Source: Polyangiaceae bacterium
Lineage (GTDB): Bacteria; Myxococcota_A; Polyangia; Polyangiales; Polyangiaceae
Length of the DNA stretch: 64,000 bases
Direction of reading: 5' to 3'
Assembly (NCBI GenBank): GCA_965222375.1
Contig: CBDCTZ010000016.1
Coordinates: 1,568,001 to 1,632,000 of the forward strand
Shown: piece by piece, positions 1 to 9,465 of the stretch
Layout: each line of letters opens with the position of its first letter
Position numbering within the stretch: position 1 is the stretch's first letter
The notes under the pieces: generated by a model
What the model was told of the DNA's origin: nothing
Databases searched by the model: none
The model's input: the letters and a program-made list of their open reading frames with translations, nothing else
Translations under genes and position numbers: made by a program

Positions 1-3000
1 GAGTCGATCACCGGAGGCGTGACATCGGGGAAGCAAATCCCGCGCAGCCCGCCACTCGTAAGCACCAAGCTACCGCTGTAACGCGGCGGGGGAGTCGTCA
101 CAGGTACGAAAGCTGGGCGTGCCTGGGTGATTTCACGACCGAAGAAGCTCACGGCACGGTAGGGCAGGACGTTGCCCGAGAGGATGGGTTCCGTGGCTTC
201 GAAAGCAGTGTCCTTGATGACCACCTCCCCAGTTTTCGAGTCGTCCAGACGAATGAGGCCAGCCCAGCCCGCCTGGAGCGTCTCGGTCGTTCCCACTTTG
301 AAGCTTTCCCAGGACGCACCGACAATCACGAGCCCGTTGCTCGTGCCCCCGACATTCCAGCCAAAGCGATCACCTATGGTGAGCGGGTGGCCCCCGACGG
401 TCTCAGCCATATCTCCGATCTTTGGGTCGCCTTGCTTCCAAAAGGCCTGACCAGCTGCCGTGATGCCCTCTGCACTCCCTCGCAGCACGTGGGCAGCTCC
501 CTCGGCGAGATCGTCGTTGAACGCGCCGATGATGAGATCGTCGAATCGATCCAAGTCCGCTCGGGTGATCGCCAGAAACCCACCGAAGCCATCGCCAGCG
601 GCATTCGTGCCCTTGATTGGTTCGCCGCCTGCGAGAACTCCCTGCGCCAGGCGCTGAACCGTCGTACCGATCAGGCCTCCAGTCCCGCCGGTCACGACGT
701 ACACGGCTCCGTTGCGAATGGAGCCCGTCCCTTCATTCACTCCGATCGCAAGATCCACGCAAGGTCGGCCGCGCGAGGAGTCGCCGTTGAAGTTGCCGGC
801 GGCCAGTGCCCACCCGAAGCGCTCACCTTGAGGTGGCAAGTTGGCGAGGCCGAGCGTTACCTTGTCGAGACGTTGGCGCACGTTCGGGTTGAGACCAGTG
901 TTGGAGCCGTACAGGACGGTGACGGCACCTGCAGCGGACCCCGCTACCAGCTCGCGAGTCCCGCTGACCGCCAGGTCTTCGTAGCCGTCGCAATTGAAGT
1001 CCCCGCTGGTCATGGCGGTTTCCAGGTTGGCTAGCTCGACGACCCCCAGTTGCGCCCAGCTGAGCACCGATTGTGGGCTCGAAGTCGTCAAGCCTGTATC
1101 CTTCTCACCGCCGATGATGTGCACGTCCGCGCGGGACAGAATGGCCAGGTCATCTCGCCCGTCGCCATTGTAGTCTCCAACACTCAGCCGCACGCCAAAC
1201 AGTCCGTCTGCGACCGGGCTGCCCTGAAGGTTCGCCTTCTCGAGCTGACGCACGAGGATGGGCTGCTTCGGGCAATCGCCGTTCTGGTCCAGCGGCACCG
1301 GACATTTCAGCAGGAAGTCGTTCTTGAAGGTCGTCACCATGCCTGCGCGGTTCTGGCCAGACACATCTACGCCCGGTGCTCCCATGACGAGTGTGTGGGT
1401 GCCGTCAGCGGCACCGTCGAAGTTGCCCCATGCCAGGGAGCTACCAAAGCCGTCACCAGGCACGGATGCATATGACAGTGCCTGGGGCGCAATCGCTTTC
1501 AGAATGTCGAGGTCCAGTAGATTCGCTTCGAATCCCGCGCCTGGATTTGCCATGAAGTAGACGCGCCCGGTCGTAGATTGAATCGGCATTCCCGCCCAAA
1601 ACCCAGACGATTCGAGGCCCGGCGCGCTGATGGCGAAGGTCTCCTGCTCGCCAACCGTGGCTGGGTCGTACCAGTTGAACCCCCGTGGGACGAACTGGGC
1701 CGGCACCGTCAGACCCACGTTCTTTTCACCGAGAAACACGTCCTCGCTGCCGTCGAAGCGCACGGCTGCAACGTCGTCGATGTCGTCTCCATCGTAGCGA
1801 CCGACTCGCATGTACTCGTAGGGCCCAGCCGGTTGCCAGGTTGGGACCTGCGTGAAGGAAAACGTCGGAGCGCCCGCGAAGTAGTACGGCACGGCGGTCA
1901 GAGCCGGCCCAATCGTTCCAAGAATATCGTCGCGCCCGTCGTCGTTGAAGTCACCGCCAAAGGTGCCGCCCACATCCGCCAAGTTGGCGGGAAACAGCGT
2001 GTCGAGTGGGAACTCCTGCGCGCCGTTGTTGAAACTGGCGACGATGACCAGCGTATTGGTGGCAGACAGCCGCACCTCGATGCCATCGTCGGCGGATCCG
2101 TCTGCGTCGAGATCGAGAGCGAGGCGAAAGCCTTGGTGACGCAAGTGCGAACGCGCCCAATCGCGAAAACCGGAGGCGGCGACGTGTTGATTCCACGAAG
2201 GAGCGTCCACGCTTCCGACTTTGTTCCCATCGGCCACGTGCATGATTCCGACGATGGGGCCTTCGGCGCCCGTCGTGTGCTCGATGCATGGCCCACCCGA
2301 ATCACCACCGACCATCACCGCGTCGAAGGTCGTATCTTGTGGGCCAGGATCCGTCGTTGTCTCAACCAGTCCACCACCGCGATTGGTCACGAATGCGTCC
2401 TTGTTGTTTCGCAGCGGAAGTAGCGGCAGCTCCTGCGGGAGGAGCGTGCTCGGATGTGGGTGCGGAACTACGGTGAAGTCAGCCTTGCGCAGCTTCCCGC
2501 GTTTCGCGAGCGCCAAGCTGAACGGGGGCCTGTCCCAGGACATGCCGTAGCACGTCACTTTCTTGTTGTAGAGTTCCAGCGTCTCCTTGTTGGAGATGGG
2601 GCGCTTGTAGAATGCTCCGCCACCGGCAACATTGAAACCGACGACACCACCGACGCGCACCACTCCGATGTCCTTGCCGGTCTGTTCGCGGGCGTGTTTC
2701 TCGAATTCTTCCTTCGTTGGCACTGTACCCGCGGGCTCCAGCGTCTCGTACTTGCTGTGAAAACGACCACCACAGGCTTCCTTCGCTGTTCCAGAGCAGC
2801 TGAGCGTCCGTACTTGTGCACCTCCCGGTGCGGACGGATCGGGCATCGTGAAGCGCAGGTACTTCGGGACCAGGTTCTTGCACTTGAACTTGGCGAATTC
2901 ATAGTCGAGCACATGGGCCGCGGTCAGGATCACGTCATGAGTGATGGCAATCCCGGTCCCCAGGTTGCAAGTCTTTGTCCCCGCTTGGTCGACAGAGTGT

Positions 3001-3158
3001 TCGATCAACACCACGCCCACGCTGCTCGCATCGGGCACGGATGTTCCTCCGTATAGGGCGGAGCTTCCCCCCGAGCTTTTGGGGTCACCTGCTCCGCTAC
3101 ATGCCAGAGCCACGCCAGCGCCACAAACCAACACCCACCCCGAAACTTTCCCCATCAT
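1..3158 (-). CDS. Large lipoprotein: N-terminal trypsin-like (S1) serine protease plus FG-GAP/integrin-like repeats; runs off the left edge of the window
   Basis: Not in the ORF track, presumably because it has no stop in the window. Hand-translated segments from ATG 3158 give MMGKVSGWVLVCGAGVALAC (lipobox), VILTAAHVL, MVGGDSGGPC, then GDFNDDGRDDIL, GDYNGDGRDDLAI and AGDFNCDGYEDLAV. The start-codon frame reads ICFPDVTPPVID at the window edge; not every intervening codon was checked. Confidence 0.85.
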   Translation of the reverse strand, partial: MMGKVSGWVLVCGAGVALACSGAGDPKSSGGSSALYGGTSVPDASSVGVVLIEHSVDQAGTKTCNLGTGIAITHDVILTAAHVLDYEFAKFKCKNLVPKYLRFTMPDPSAPGGAQVRTLSCSGTAKEACGGRFHSKYETLEPAGTVPTKEEFEKHAREQTGKDIGVVRVGGVVGFNVAGGGAFYKRPISNKETLELYNKKVTCYGMSWDRPPFSLALAKRGKLRKADFTVVPHPHPSTLLPQELPLLPLRNNKDAFVTNRGGGLVETTTDPGPQDTTFDAVMVGGDSGGPCIEHTTGAEGPIVGIMHVADGNKVGSVDAPSWNQHVAASGFRDWARSHLRHQGFRLALDLDADGSADDGIEVRLSATNTLVIVASFNNGAQEFPLDTLFPANLADVGGTFGGDFNDDGRDDILGTIGPALTAVPYYFAGAPTFSFTQVPTWQPAGPYEYMRVGRYDGDDIDDVAAVRFDGSEDVFLGEKNVGLTVPAQFVPRGFNWYDPATVGEQETFAISAPGLESSGFWAGMPIQSTTGRVYFMANPGAGFEANLLDLDILKAIAPQALSYASVPGDGFGSSLAWGNFDGAADGTHTLVMGAPGVDVSGQNRAGMVTTFKNDFLLKCPVPLDQNGDCPKQPILVRQLEKANLQGSPVADGLFGVRLSVGDYNGDGRDDLAILSRADVHIIGGEKDTGLTTSSPQSVLSWAQLGVVELANLETAMTSGDFNCDGYEDLAVSGTRELVAGSAAGAVTVLYGSNTGLNPNVRQRLDKVTLGLANLPPQGERFGWALAAGNFNGDSSRGRPCVDLAIGVNEGTGSIRNGAVYVVTGGTGGLIGTTVQRLAQGVLAGGEPIKGTNAAGDGFGGFLAITRADLDRFDDLIIGAFNDDLAEGAAHVLRGSAEGITAAGQAFWKQGDPKIGDMAETVGGHPLTIGDRFGWNVGGTSNGLVIVGASWESFKVGTTETLQAGWAGLIRLDDSKTGEVVIKDTAFEATEPILSGNVLPYRAVSFFGREITQARPAFVPVTTPPPRYSGSLVLTSGGLRGICFPDVTPPVID

Positions 3159-3164
3159 GCAATG

Positions 3165-3195
3165 ATGGTAGCGATTTTTTTTTTTTCTCGGTCAA
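3165..3195 (-). promoter_or_regulatory. Sigma70-type promoter TTGACC-N19-TACCAT with an A12 homopolymer in the spacer
   Basis: Minus strand reads TTGACC GAG A12 TCGC TACCAT CATTGC ATG(3158). Confidence 0.6.
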
Positions 3196-3213
3196 GCTAG
3201 TTCTAGAAAGCAG

Positions 3214-4326
3214 ATGAAGTGGCGCCGGCAAAGACTCGTGACGCGTGTGGGTGGGAGTGCGACAGCGCTCGCTGCCGCGACGCTAGTCGCATGGTCTGCA
3301 TGTTCGCCAGCTGCAACGCCGCACCCGACCCCGCCTTCGGCAGGTCGTGGTGACGCGTCGCAGCCGGATGTCGCGTTCGATGACGCCGCCACCCGGCCGA
3401 GATTCGTACGACCAGCGCCGGTGTCCGGCCCCTACCTTCCACTCCCGCGAACCTTTCGGCAGGTGCTGCCACCGGTCGCCGAGCGCTCATCGATTGCCGG
3501 CTGGGGCGACCGCGTGTGGTTCGGTTCTAGCGGGAAGCTCCTCGAGCACGATGGCAAGGGCATTCGGCAGCAGGCGTTGTGCGGAGCCACGCACCATCCA
3601 GCAGACTACGTCGGGTCCGGTCCAAACGGAATCATTGCGGTGCAATCGACTACTAGTCCTGTCACGATAACAGTGATTACCGATGCTGGCCGGCAATGCC
3701 AGAACTTCAACAGCGAGTCAGTGGGCGCCCACTACCGCCTTGCAATGCAGACCCGCCCGCGCCGCACGAGCATCGCCGTTCCTCCAGATGCTCGCCCGCT
3801 GCTTGGCTTCGCAATCCCCCCGCCCCACGGCGAAGACGGGAGGCATGGCTTGGGAAACATGTTCTTCCTCGGGCGCGCGATCTGGTTGGAAGTCGTGACA
3901 AAGGGAGCTCATGTGTATCGGTTTGATTCTGGGCGCTGGGTTCTCGACAACCCCCCAGTCGGATCGATTGGGGACATGTGGGCAGACCCGAGCGGCACGG
4001 TCTGGGCGATCACTGGCTATGCGTTGTCCAAGCACGACGGGTCGCGCTGGACGATGGTGCCAGTGCCCGAGGGCTTCAGGCCACGCCGCATGACGGGAGC
4101 GAGCGCGAAGGACATCTGGTTCGTCGGCGGCTCCGAGAAGATCTTCCAATTCGACGGAGCCAAGTGGCATCGCGGCACGATCGCCGCACCCAAGCGGCAG
4201 ATCCAAACCAAGGACGGCCCCAAGATGATCGATTCGCCCGAGGGCCCGAAAGACATCCACATGACTCGCTCCGGAGTACTGTGGTTGCTCACCAAGTCCG
4301 GTCGGATCTATCGTGCGGAGCCGTGA
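3214..4326 (+). CDS. Putative lipoprotein with beta-propeller-like repeats
   Basis: Signal peptide ending AWSAC; repeated DMW/VW/DIW...FDG.W motifs. Confidence 0.7.
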   Translation: MKWRRQRLVTRVGGSATALAAATLVAWSACSPAATPHPTPPSAGRGDASQPDVAFDDAATRPRFVRPAPVSGPYLPLPRTFRQVLPPVAERSSIAGWGDRVWFGSSGKLLEHDGKGIRQQALCGATHHPADYVGSGPNGIIAVQSTTSPVTITVITDAGRQCQNFNSESVGAHYRLAMQTRPRRTSIAVPPDARPLLGFAIPPPHGEDGRHGLGNMFFLGRAIWLEVVTKGAHVYRFDSGRWVLDNPPVGSIGDMWADPSGTVWAITGYALSKHDGSRWTMVPVPEGFRPRRMTGASAKDIWFVGGSEKIFQFDGAKWHRGTIAAPKRQIQTKDGPKMIDSPEGPKDIHMTRSGVLWLLTKSGRIYRAEP

Positions 4327-4496
4327 GGCAGTTGCGTCCGCTCTCTTGAGCGTCGTCGCCCAATGGCGTTGGACCGCACCAGTTCAAGTCGAGACCAGCA
4401 GTCCAGATCGGCCAGCGCCTGGAGCCCGACCATTTCCGCTCACGATTGAAACTATAGACGTCCACGCTATGCTCGCCGAATGCCTCTGGTGCCAAC

Positions 4497-5003
4497 GTGA
4501 CCCGCGTTGCGCCCCGGCGCATGGGCCCGCGTAAGTCTCGCCTTTCGCTTCTGCTGTCGCACGCGATCCCGGCGCTATGCGCCGCGTTCGCGTGCGGTGG
4601 GCGTTCGCAGCTTCTGCTGGGTGGCGAATCGGGCGGTGCTTCCACGGTGGATAGTGGAGCCGGGGGCACCGCAGCGGCTTCAACCGGAGGCGTCGGAGGC
4701 CACGTTGGGGGCCAGAGCGGCACGGCGGGCGGCGGCGGTCTCGGTGGCACGGCGGGCGACGGCGGCGGAGGCGGCCAGGAATGCGAGTGGCTTCAGGTTG
4801 ACGCGCAAACAGTCATTGATGGTGCTCCCGGGCATGACGAGTGGCATCCCGCACTGGCGCTTTCGAGCGATGACGGTGCTCGAGCAACGCTGATGTTCCG
4901 CCGGCACCCGGTTGCAGCGCACTGGGCGCCTCCGCACCCCAGGCTCGGTCACATCACCTTCGACGCCTGGAGGCCTTGGCCTAAGAGTGTATTTCAAAGA
5001 TAA
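4497..5003 (+). pseudogene. Myxobacterial Gly-rich lipoprotein, probably 3'-truncated
   Basis: FACGGRS lipobox and Gly-rich linker, then about 70 aa of globular sequence ending abruptly in the AT-rich promoter region of the next gene. Confidence 0.5.
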
Positions 5004-5007
5004 CCTG

Positions 5008-5035
5008 TTGTCAGACTTCGTCAAGGTGATAAGTT
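5008..5035 (+). promoter_or_regulatory. Promoter TTGTCA-N16-TAAGTT (extended TG), probably giving a leaderless transcript of the XRE gene
   Basis: The -10 ends 6 nt before ATG 5042, with no Shine-Dalgarno. An imperfect palindrome TTGTCAGACTTCGTCAA overlaps the -35. Confidence 0.55.
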
Positions 5036-5041
5036 CACACC

Positions 5042-6220
5042 ATGAGCGATCCCGTTGCACCGCCGGCGAATTTGCGCCGACTCCGCACCGCCAAGGGGCT
5101 CAGCCAGCGCGCGGTGGCGGAGGCTGCAGGTCTGTCGCGCATCGGGTATCGAGAGATCGAAACCGGCAAAGTGGCCCCACGGTTGGCTTCGCTCGAGCGA
5201 ATCTCCGCCGCACTCGGGGTTTCGGTCCCAGAGCTGCTCGCGCCTGTTCGAGAGCTACGACATGTTCGCTTTCGCGCCAACAAGCGGATGATGACGCGGG
5301 AGAACATCCTGGCGGACGTGGCTCGCTGGCTCGACGACTACGAAGAGGTCGAGGCACTGGTTGGCGGCAAGGTGCAGTGGAAACTCATGGGGCTGGCCGC
5401 TCGGCTCGCGCGTTCGAAGGGCCGAGGCGTGAGGTTTGCGAAGCAAGCAGCGGCCCAAGCGCGCGAAGCCCTCGGGCTTTCTGACGGCGCGCACGAGGAC
5501 ATCGTGCGTGACATGTGCGGTCTGCTCGAGGATAACGGTGCAAAAGTGCTGACTGCCCCGGTCGCGTCGGAAGGATTCTTCGGGCTGTCTATCGGGCAGC
5601 AGGACGGCGGCCCGGCGGTATTCGTGAACGTGTGGGACCGCGTATCCGTGGAGCGGTGGATCTTCACCGCCGCTCACGAACTTGGGCATCTACTGCTGCA
5701 TCCCAGCGCCTACGACGTCCAGCAGACTGAAGAACAGGAAGCCGAGGAGAAAGAGGCCGACGCCTTTGCCGGTCACTTTCTCATGCCCGACGCGCTCTTC
5801 CTGAAGGAATGGGAAGAGGCGCGTGGCCTCGGGCTCGTGGATCGGGTGTTCAAGGTCAAGCGCATCTTCAAGGTGAGCTGGCAATCGGTGCTGTACCGTT
5901 TCGCCGTCGGACTCCTTCCAGCGGAGCGGGCGCGAGCGTGGGCGCAGTTTCATTCTGCATACGCACGTCAGTATGGGCATCCCCTGACTCGAATCGCCGA
6001 GCCGCAAGCGCTGAAACCCCATGAGTTCGGTGGGCGCCCCGTGGACCGCGTTGCGGACGAGCCTGCGAGCTTGGTCGACGACGATTTCCGCGAGGACCGT
6101 TTGAACAGGTTGGTCCGCCTGGCCATCGAGCGAGAGAAGATCAGCTTGAGTCGGGGCGCAGAGATCTTGCGTCTCGATCTGGCAGACATGCGGGAACTTG
6201 CGAACTCATGGGTGGGGTAA
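5042..6220 (+). CDS. XRE-family HTH fused to ImmA/IrrE (M78) zinc metallopeptidase
   Basis: N-terminal NLRRLRTAKGLSQRAVAEAAGLS...IETG HTH; FTAAHELGHLLLH (HEXXH); EKEADAFAGHFLMP. Confidence 0.93.
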   Translation: MSDPVAPPANLRRLRTAKGLSQRAVAEAAGLSRIGYREIETGKVAPRLASLERISAALGVSVPELLAPVRELRHVRFRANKRMMTRENILADVARWLDDYEEVEALVGGKVQWKLMGLAARLARSKGRGVRFAKQAAAQAREALGLSDGAHEDIVRDMCGLLEDNGAKVLTAPVASEGFFGLSIGQQDGGPAVFVNVWDRVSVERWIFTAAHELGHLLLHPSAYDVQQTEEQEAEEKEADAFAGHFLMPDALFLKEWEEARGLGLVDRVFKVKRIFKVSWQSVLYRFAVGLLPAERARAWAQFHSAYARQYGHPLTRIAEPQALKPHEFGGRPVDRVADEPASLVDDDFREDRLNRLVRLAIEREKISLSRGAEILRLDLADMRELANSWVG

Positions 6221-6224
6221 TGAC

Positions 6225-6725
6225 GTGGCGAAACGCGCGTTGCTCATACTGGACGCTTGCGTTCTGATCGACTTTTGGGACACGGACCCAAGCCTGTTGA
6301 CATTGGTGATCCGCCACGTGGGTGCGATACATGTTGCGGAAACCGTGCTGTCCGAGGCCAAGAGCGTGCCCCGTGACGGTGTCATCGAAGCAGGGGTGAT
6401 CCCTGTCGAGCCAAGCTTCGAGGTTATGTCGCTGGCCGCAGTTCGCCGTCGTGGGCTCTCTTTCGCGGACCATGTCTGCTTGCTGCTCGCGAAAGACGGG
6501 CGATGGACTTGCGTGACGAACGACGGCCGACTCAGACGAGCCTGCGCCGAAGATGCCGTGAGCGTGCTGTGGGGTCTAGAGTTGGTCTTGCAGCTCGCAC
6601 GCTCCGGCGGAATCGACGCGAAGGCGGCCGAACGTGTCGGGCAAAGCATGGCCGCGAAGAACCGATACTTGACTGATGCCGTGCTGAAGAACTTCGAGGC
6701 CAAGCTGCGGCGTTTGGGCAAGTAG
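6225..6725 (+). CDS. PIN-domain protein (putative toxin/RNase)
   Basis: ILDACVLIDF, VLSE, LSFADHVCLLLA, VTNDGRLRRAC. GTG 6225 lies 4 nt after the XRE stop. Confidence 0.88.
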   Translation: MAKRALLILDACVLIDFWDTDPSLLTLVIRHVGAIHVAETVLSEAKSVPRDGVIEAGVIPVEPSFEVMSLAAVRRRGLSFADHVCLLLAKDGRWTCVTNDGRLRRACAEDAVSVLWGLELVLQLARSGGIDAKAAERVGQSMAAKNRYLTDAVLKNFEAKLRRLGK

Positions 6726-6800
6726 AATAGGCGGCCCAAGGCTGCGCACTTGCTCGAGGGTTGCCCCATCGCGATTCGCAGTGCGCTACGCTGAGACCAG

Positions 6801-7778
6801 ATGCGCTATTGGTGGGTGAACCAAAAGCAGACGCACCGCCAGGAAGTCAGCGGTGGGTATCTGTGGTCGCCCAAGCGGCGGGCCGACAATGCGCGCAACC
6901 AGTTCTACGACAACATGAAGGCGGTGGCGCCGGGCGACATCGTGTTCTCGTACTGGGACACTGCGATTCGAGCGTACGGTTTGCTGCGGTCCTTTGGCTA
7001 TGACGCTCCGAAGCCCACAGAGTTCGGGGACGTTGGCCGGAACTGGAGTCAAATCGGATATCGAGCCGACGTCCAATACACGCGTGTCTCCAACGTCGTC
7101 GCGCCTCGGGAAGCTGCAATCTGGAGGAAGGTGCAGCCACTGCTGCCAGCCAAGTATTCTCCGCTTCATCGCGAAACCGGAAAGGGGCTCCAAACTGTGT
7201 ATTTAGCGGCGCTCCCGAACGCCCTGGGCGAGCTCTTTCTGCGGGCTGCTGGGGCACCCGGCGGCTTGCTTCATGTTCGCGAGAACCGCGCTGCGCTCGT
7301 CGCATCGTTAGAAGAGCGCGAGCGGACGACGTGGGAGCAACATATTGTGGAGGAACTCGCGCAATCACCAATGGGAAAGACTGAACGAGAGGCGCTGATT
7401 CGAGCACGCCGAGGGCAGGGCGCTTTCCGAAACAAGGTCTCGCAGGTCGAGCGCGCATGTCGCGTGACCAGGGTCAATAATGGTGCGTATCTGATTGCAA
7501 GCCACATAAAGCCCTGGCGCCATGCCGGAAACGACGAGCGGTTGAGTGCGAACAACGGACTGATGCTGGCGCCGCAGGCGGACTTTTTGTTCGACCGCGG
7601 TTTTATTTCGTTCGGCGACGGGAAGCTGTTGGTTTCGGAAGTCGCCGACGAAGAGAGCCTGGTCAAGCTGGGTGTGGATCCGGAGCGACCACCCGAAGTT
7701 GGCGGGTTCAACGACGAACAAGAGAAGTTCCTCGAGTTTCATCGCTCGGAGATATTCCGCAGCGCAGAACGGTGCTGA
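6801..7778 (+). CDS. EVE-HNH modification-dependent (type IV) restriction endonuclease, VcaM4I-like
   Basis: N-terminus YWWVNQKQTHRQEVSGGYLWSPK...YDNMKAVAPGDIVFSY resembles VcaM4I as I recall it. C-terminal RRGQGAFR...CRVT...LIASHIKPW...NGLML...DFLFDRGFISF is an HNH domain. Confidence 0.88.
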   Translation: MRYWWVNQKQTHRQEVSGGYLWSPKRRADNARNQFYDNMKAVAPGDIVFSYWDTAIRAYGLLRSFGYDAPKPTEFGDVGRNWSQIGYRADVQYTRVSNVVAPREAAIWRKVQPLLPAKYSPLHRETGKGLQTVYLAALPNALGELFLRAAGAPGGLLHVRENRAALVASLEERERTTWEQHIVEELAQSPMGKTEREALIRARRGQGAFRNKVSQVERACRVTRVNNGAYLIASHIKPWRHAGNDERLSANNGLMLAPQADFLFDRGFISFGDGKLLVSEVADEESLVKLGVDPERPPEVGGFNDEQEKFLEFHRSEIFRSAERC

Positions 7779-8465
7779 ACGACGCTCGTTCCCCGGTGTT
7801 GGCTGCTTTTCGGCGGCCGTTCGATTTCACGACCCAATGGTATTAGGTGAGTCCTCCGCTGCCTTGAGAGCCTCGAGCGTGGCCTTGATTCGACCCAAGC
7901 GACGGATGGTTTCATCCTTGTCTGGGTCTTGGAGCAGAACGGCCACGACGCGACGTGGGAGCCAAGCGCCTGAGACGCTCAGAGCTCGCCGCAGACTATG
8001 AACTCTCCCGCACATTGCGAGCTTGGTGAAGACTCTCGGTTACCTGGATGGGTCGGACATCTGCCCCGAGGTCGTTGGCACAACTCGCTACTACATCTTC
8101 GACAGGGCCGGTGGGGACTGCGCGCTCGGCTGCATCGCACACGAGTATATGGGCATCAAGATCGAGGCAGACGCTGTTCGTAGTGTCACTCACGAAACAG
8201 ATGCAGATTGGACCGCGTGGTTTTCTGCACGGTCGGACTGTGCTTCACACCTGTAGTGTCCGCGGACGTGATGATTCCCCTTGGCGAATCCCTAGGGATC
8301 CGAAGTGGCTGTTACGCTGCTCGAAGGCAACGGGCCTGATTCCCGGACGAACCTCAGCGGCGCTCCGATGTCAGGGACTTGAGCAACGTGTTTCGGGCGG
8401 TGGCACGGGGTTGGTTTGATAGCGGCTGGCGAGGCGCGACCCACCCGCCTCCCGCGCCCCAACCC

Positions 8466-8516
8466 GAGAGTAGTGGCCCACTGTGCCCCACTGTCGCGAC
8501 CCCAAACCCAAATCCC
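8466..8516 (+). repeat. Dispersed bipartite motif, copy A
   Basis: GAGAGTAGTG-N21-CGACCCC AAACCCAAATCCC. Confidence 0.85.
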
Positions 8517-8570
8517 AGACCTGAGATCTTCGGCTTCTGAACCGGCGGCCCTTGTGGTCGAAATCCTTCG

Positions 8571-8997
8571 CCCCTGTCGCCCGCCGCCAGCGTTCGCTAT
8601 ATGCGCTAGCGAATGCTGCCCATCGAGCTCAAGGGTGCGCGGACGCACAATTTGAAAGGCGTGAGCCTCGACTTGGCTCCGGGCAAGTTGGTGGTGCTCA
8701 CCGGGATCAGTGGGGCGGGTAAGAGCAGCTTGGCGCTGGATACGTTGTATGCGGAGGGGCAGCGGCGCTTTGTCGAGAGCTTTTCGCCCTATGCGCGGCA
8801 GTTTCTCGAGCGGCTGGAGCGGCCGCCGATAGAGAGGCTCGAGCCCGTGGCTGCGGGCATCGCCGTGGATCGGCGTGCACCGGTGAAGAGCTCGCGTTCG
8901 ACGGTGGCGACGATGGCGGATCTGGAGCCGTACTTGTCGGCGTTGTTCACGCGGGAGGCGCATCCGGTGTGCCCGGACCACGATGCGGAAGGCGTGG
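8571..8997 (+). repeat. 427-bp direct repeat, copy 1 (uvrA upstream region plus first ~128 codons)
   Basis: Matches 12570-12996 with 9 substitutions by manual comparison. Confidence 0.97.
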
Positions 8998-9035
8998 TCG
9001 GTGTGCTGAGGGTTTCGTTGACGCAGACCTGCTGA
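8613..9035 (+). pseudogene. uvrA: Truncated duplicate of the uvrA 5' end
   Basis: Same N-terminus as the 12612 ORF ([12 protein letters not shown]...[11 protein letters not shown]); diverges after 8997 and stops at 9035. Confidence 0.93.
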
Positions 9036-9042
9036 GTTCTTC

Positions 9043-9090
9043 TTTGGGTTTGGGGGTCGGTTCGCGGGGGCGTTCTGGGCCACTACTCCC
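9043..9090 (-). repeat. Dispersed bipartite motif, copy B
   Basis: Minus strand GGGAGTAGTG-N21-CGACCCCC AAACCCAAA. Confidence 0.85.
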
Positions 9091-9465
9091 AAGCTGGGCC
9101 AAGCCGCCTCCACTTCTTGTTGGGCGTTCGGTGCGCACAAAGTGGAATTCTCCGACTCCTGAGGGGCAGAGGAGGGGAGCGCGCCCACTCGGACTCCGGT
9201 AAGAGGTTGGCTCAAGATTCGCATTGAGGCGGGAAAGGCGGTCTTCGGATGATGTTCGTCATGAATCGTCGCCGCGAAGCGCCCCACGCCATGCCGCTCC
9301 ACCTGTGTGCAACTGGCCGATACTGTTCGGCATAACGGCGATTGCGCCAGACTTGCACAACTTCTGGTCCGCCGTAATGAGCACGCCATCTTGCGCGAGC
9401 CACGCCAAGGATCCATCGTTTCTGACGCAACGAAATCCCGTTGCCAATCCCCACGGGGGTGATAC

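Noticed and set aside
7827..8256. Short ORFs 7827-8015(-) and 8023-8256(+)
   Set aside because: No RBS, motif or recognisable family; possibly decayed remnants.
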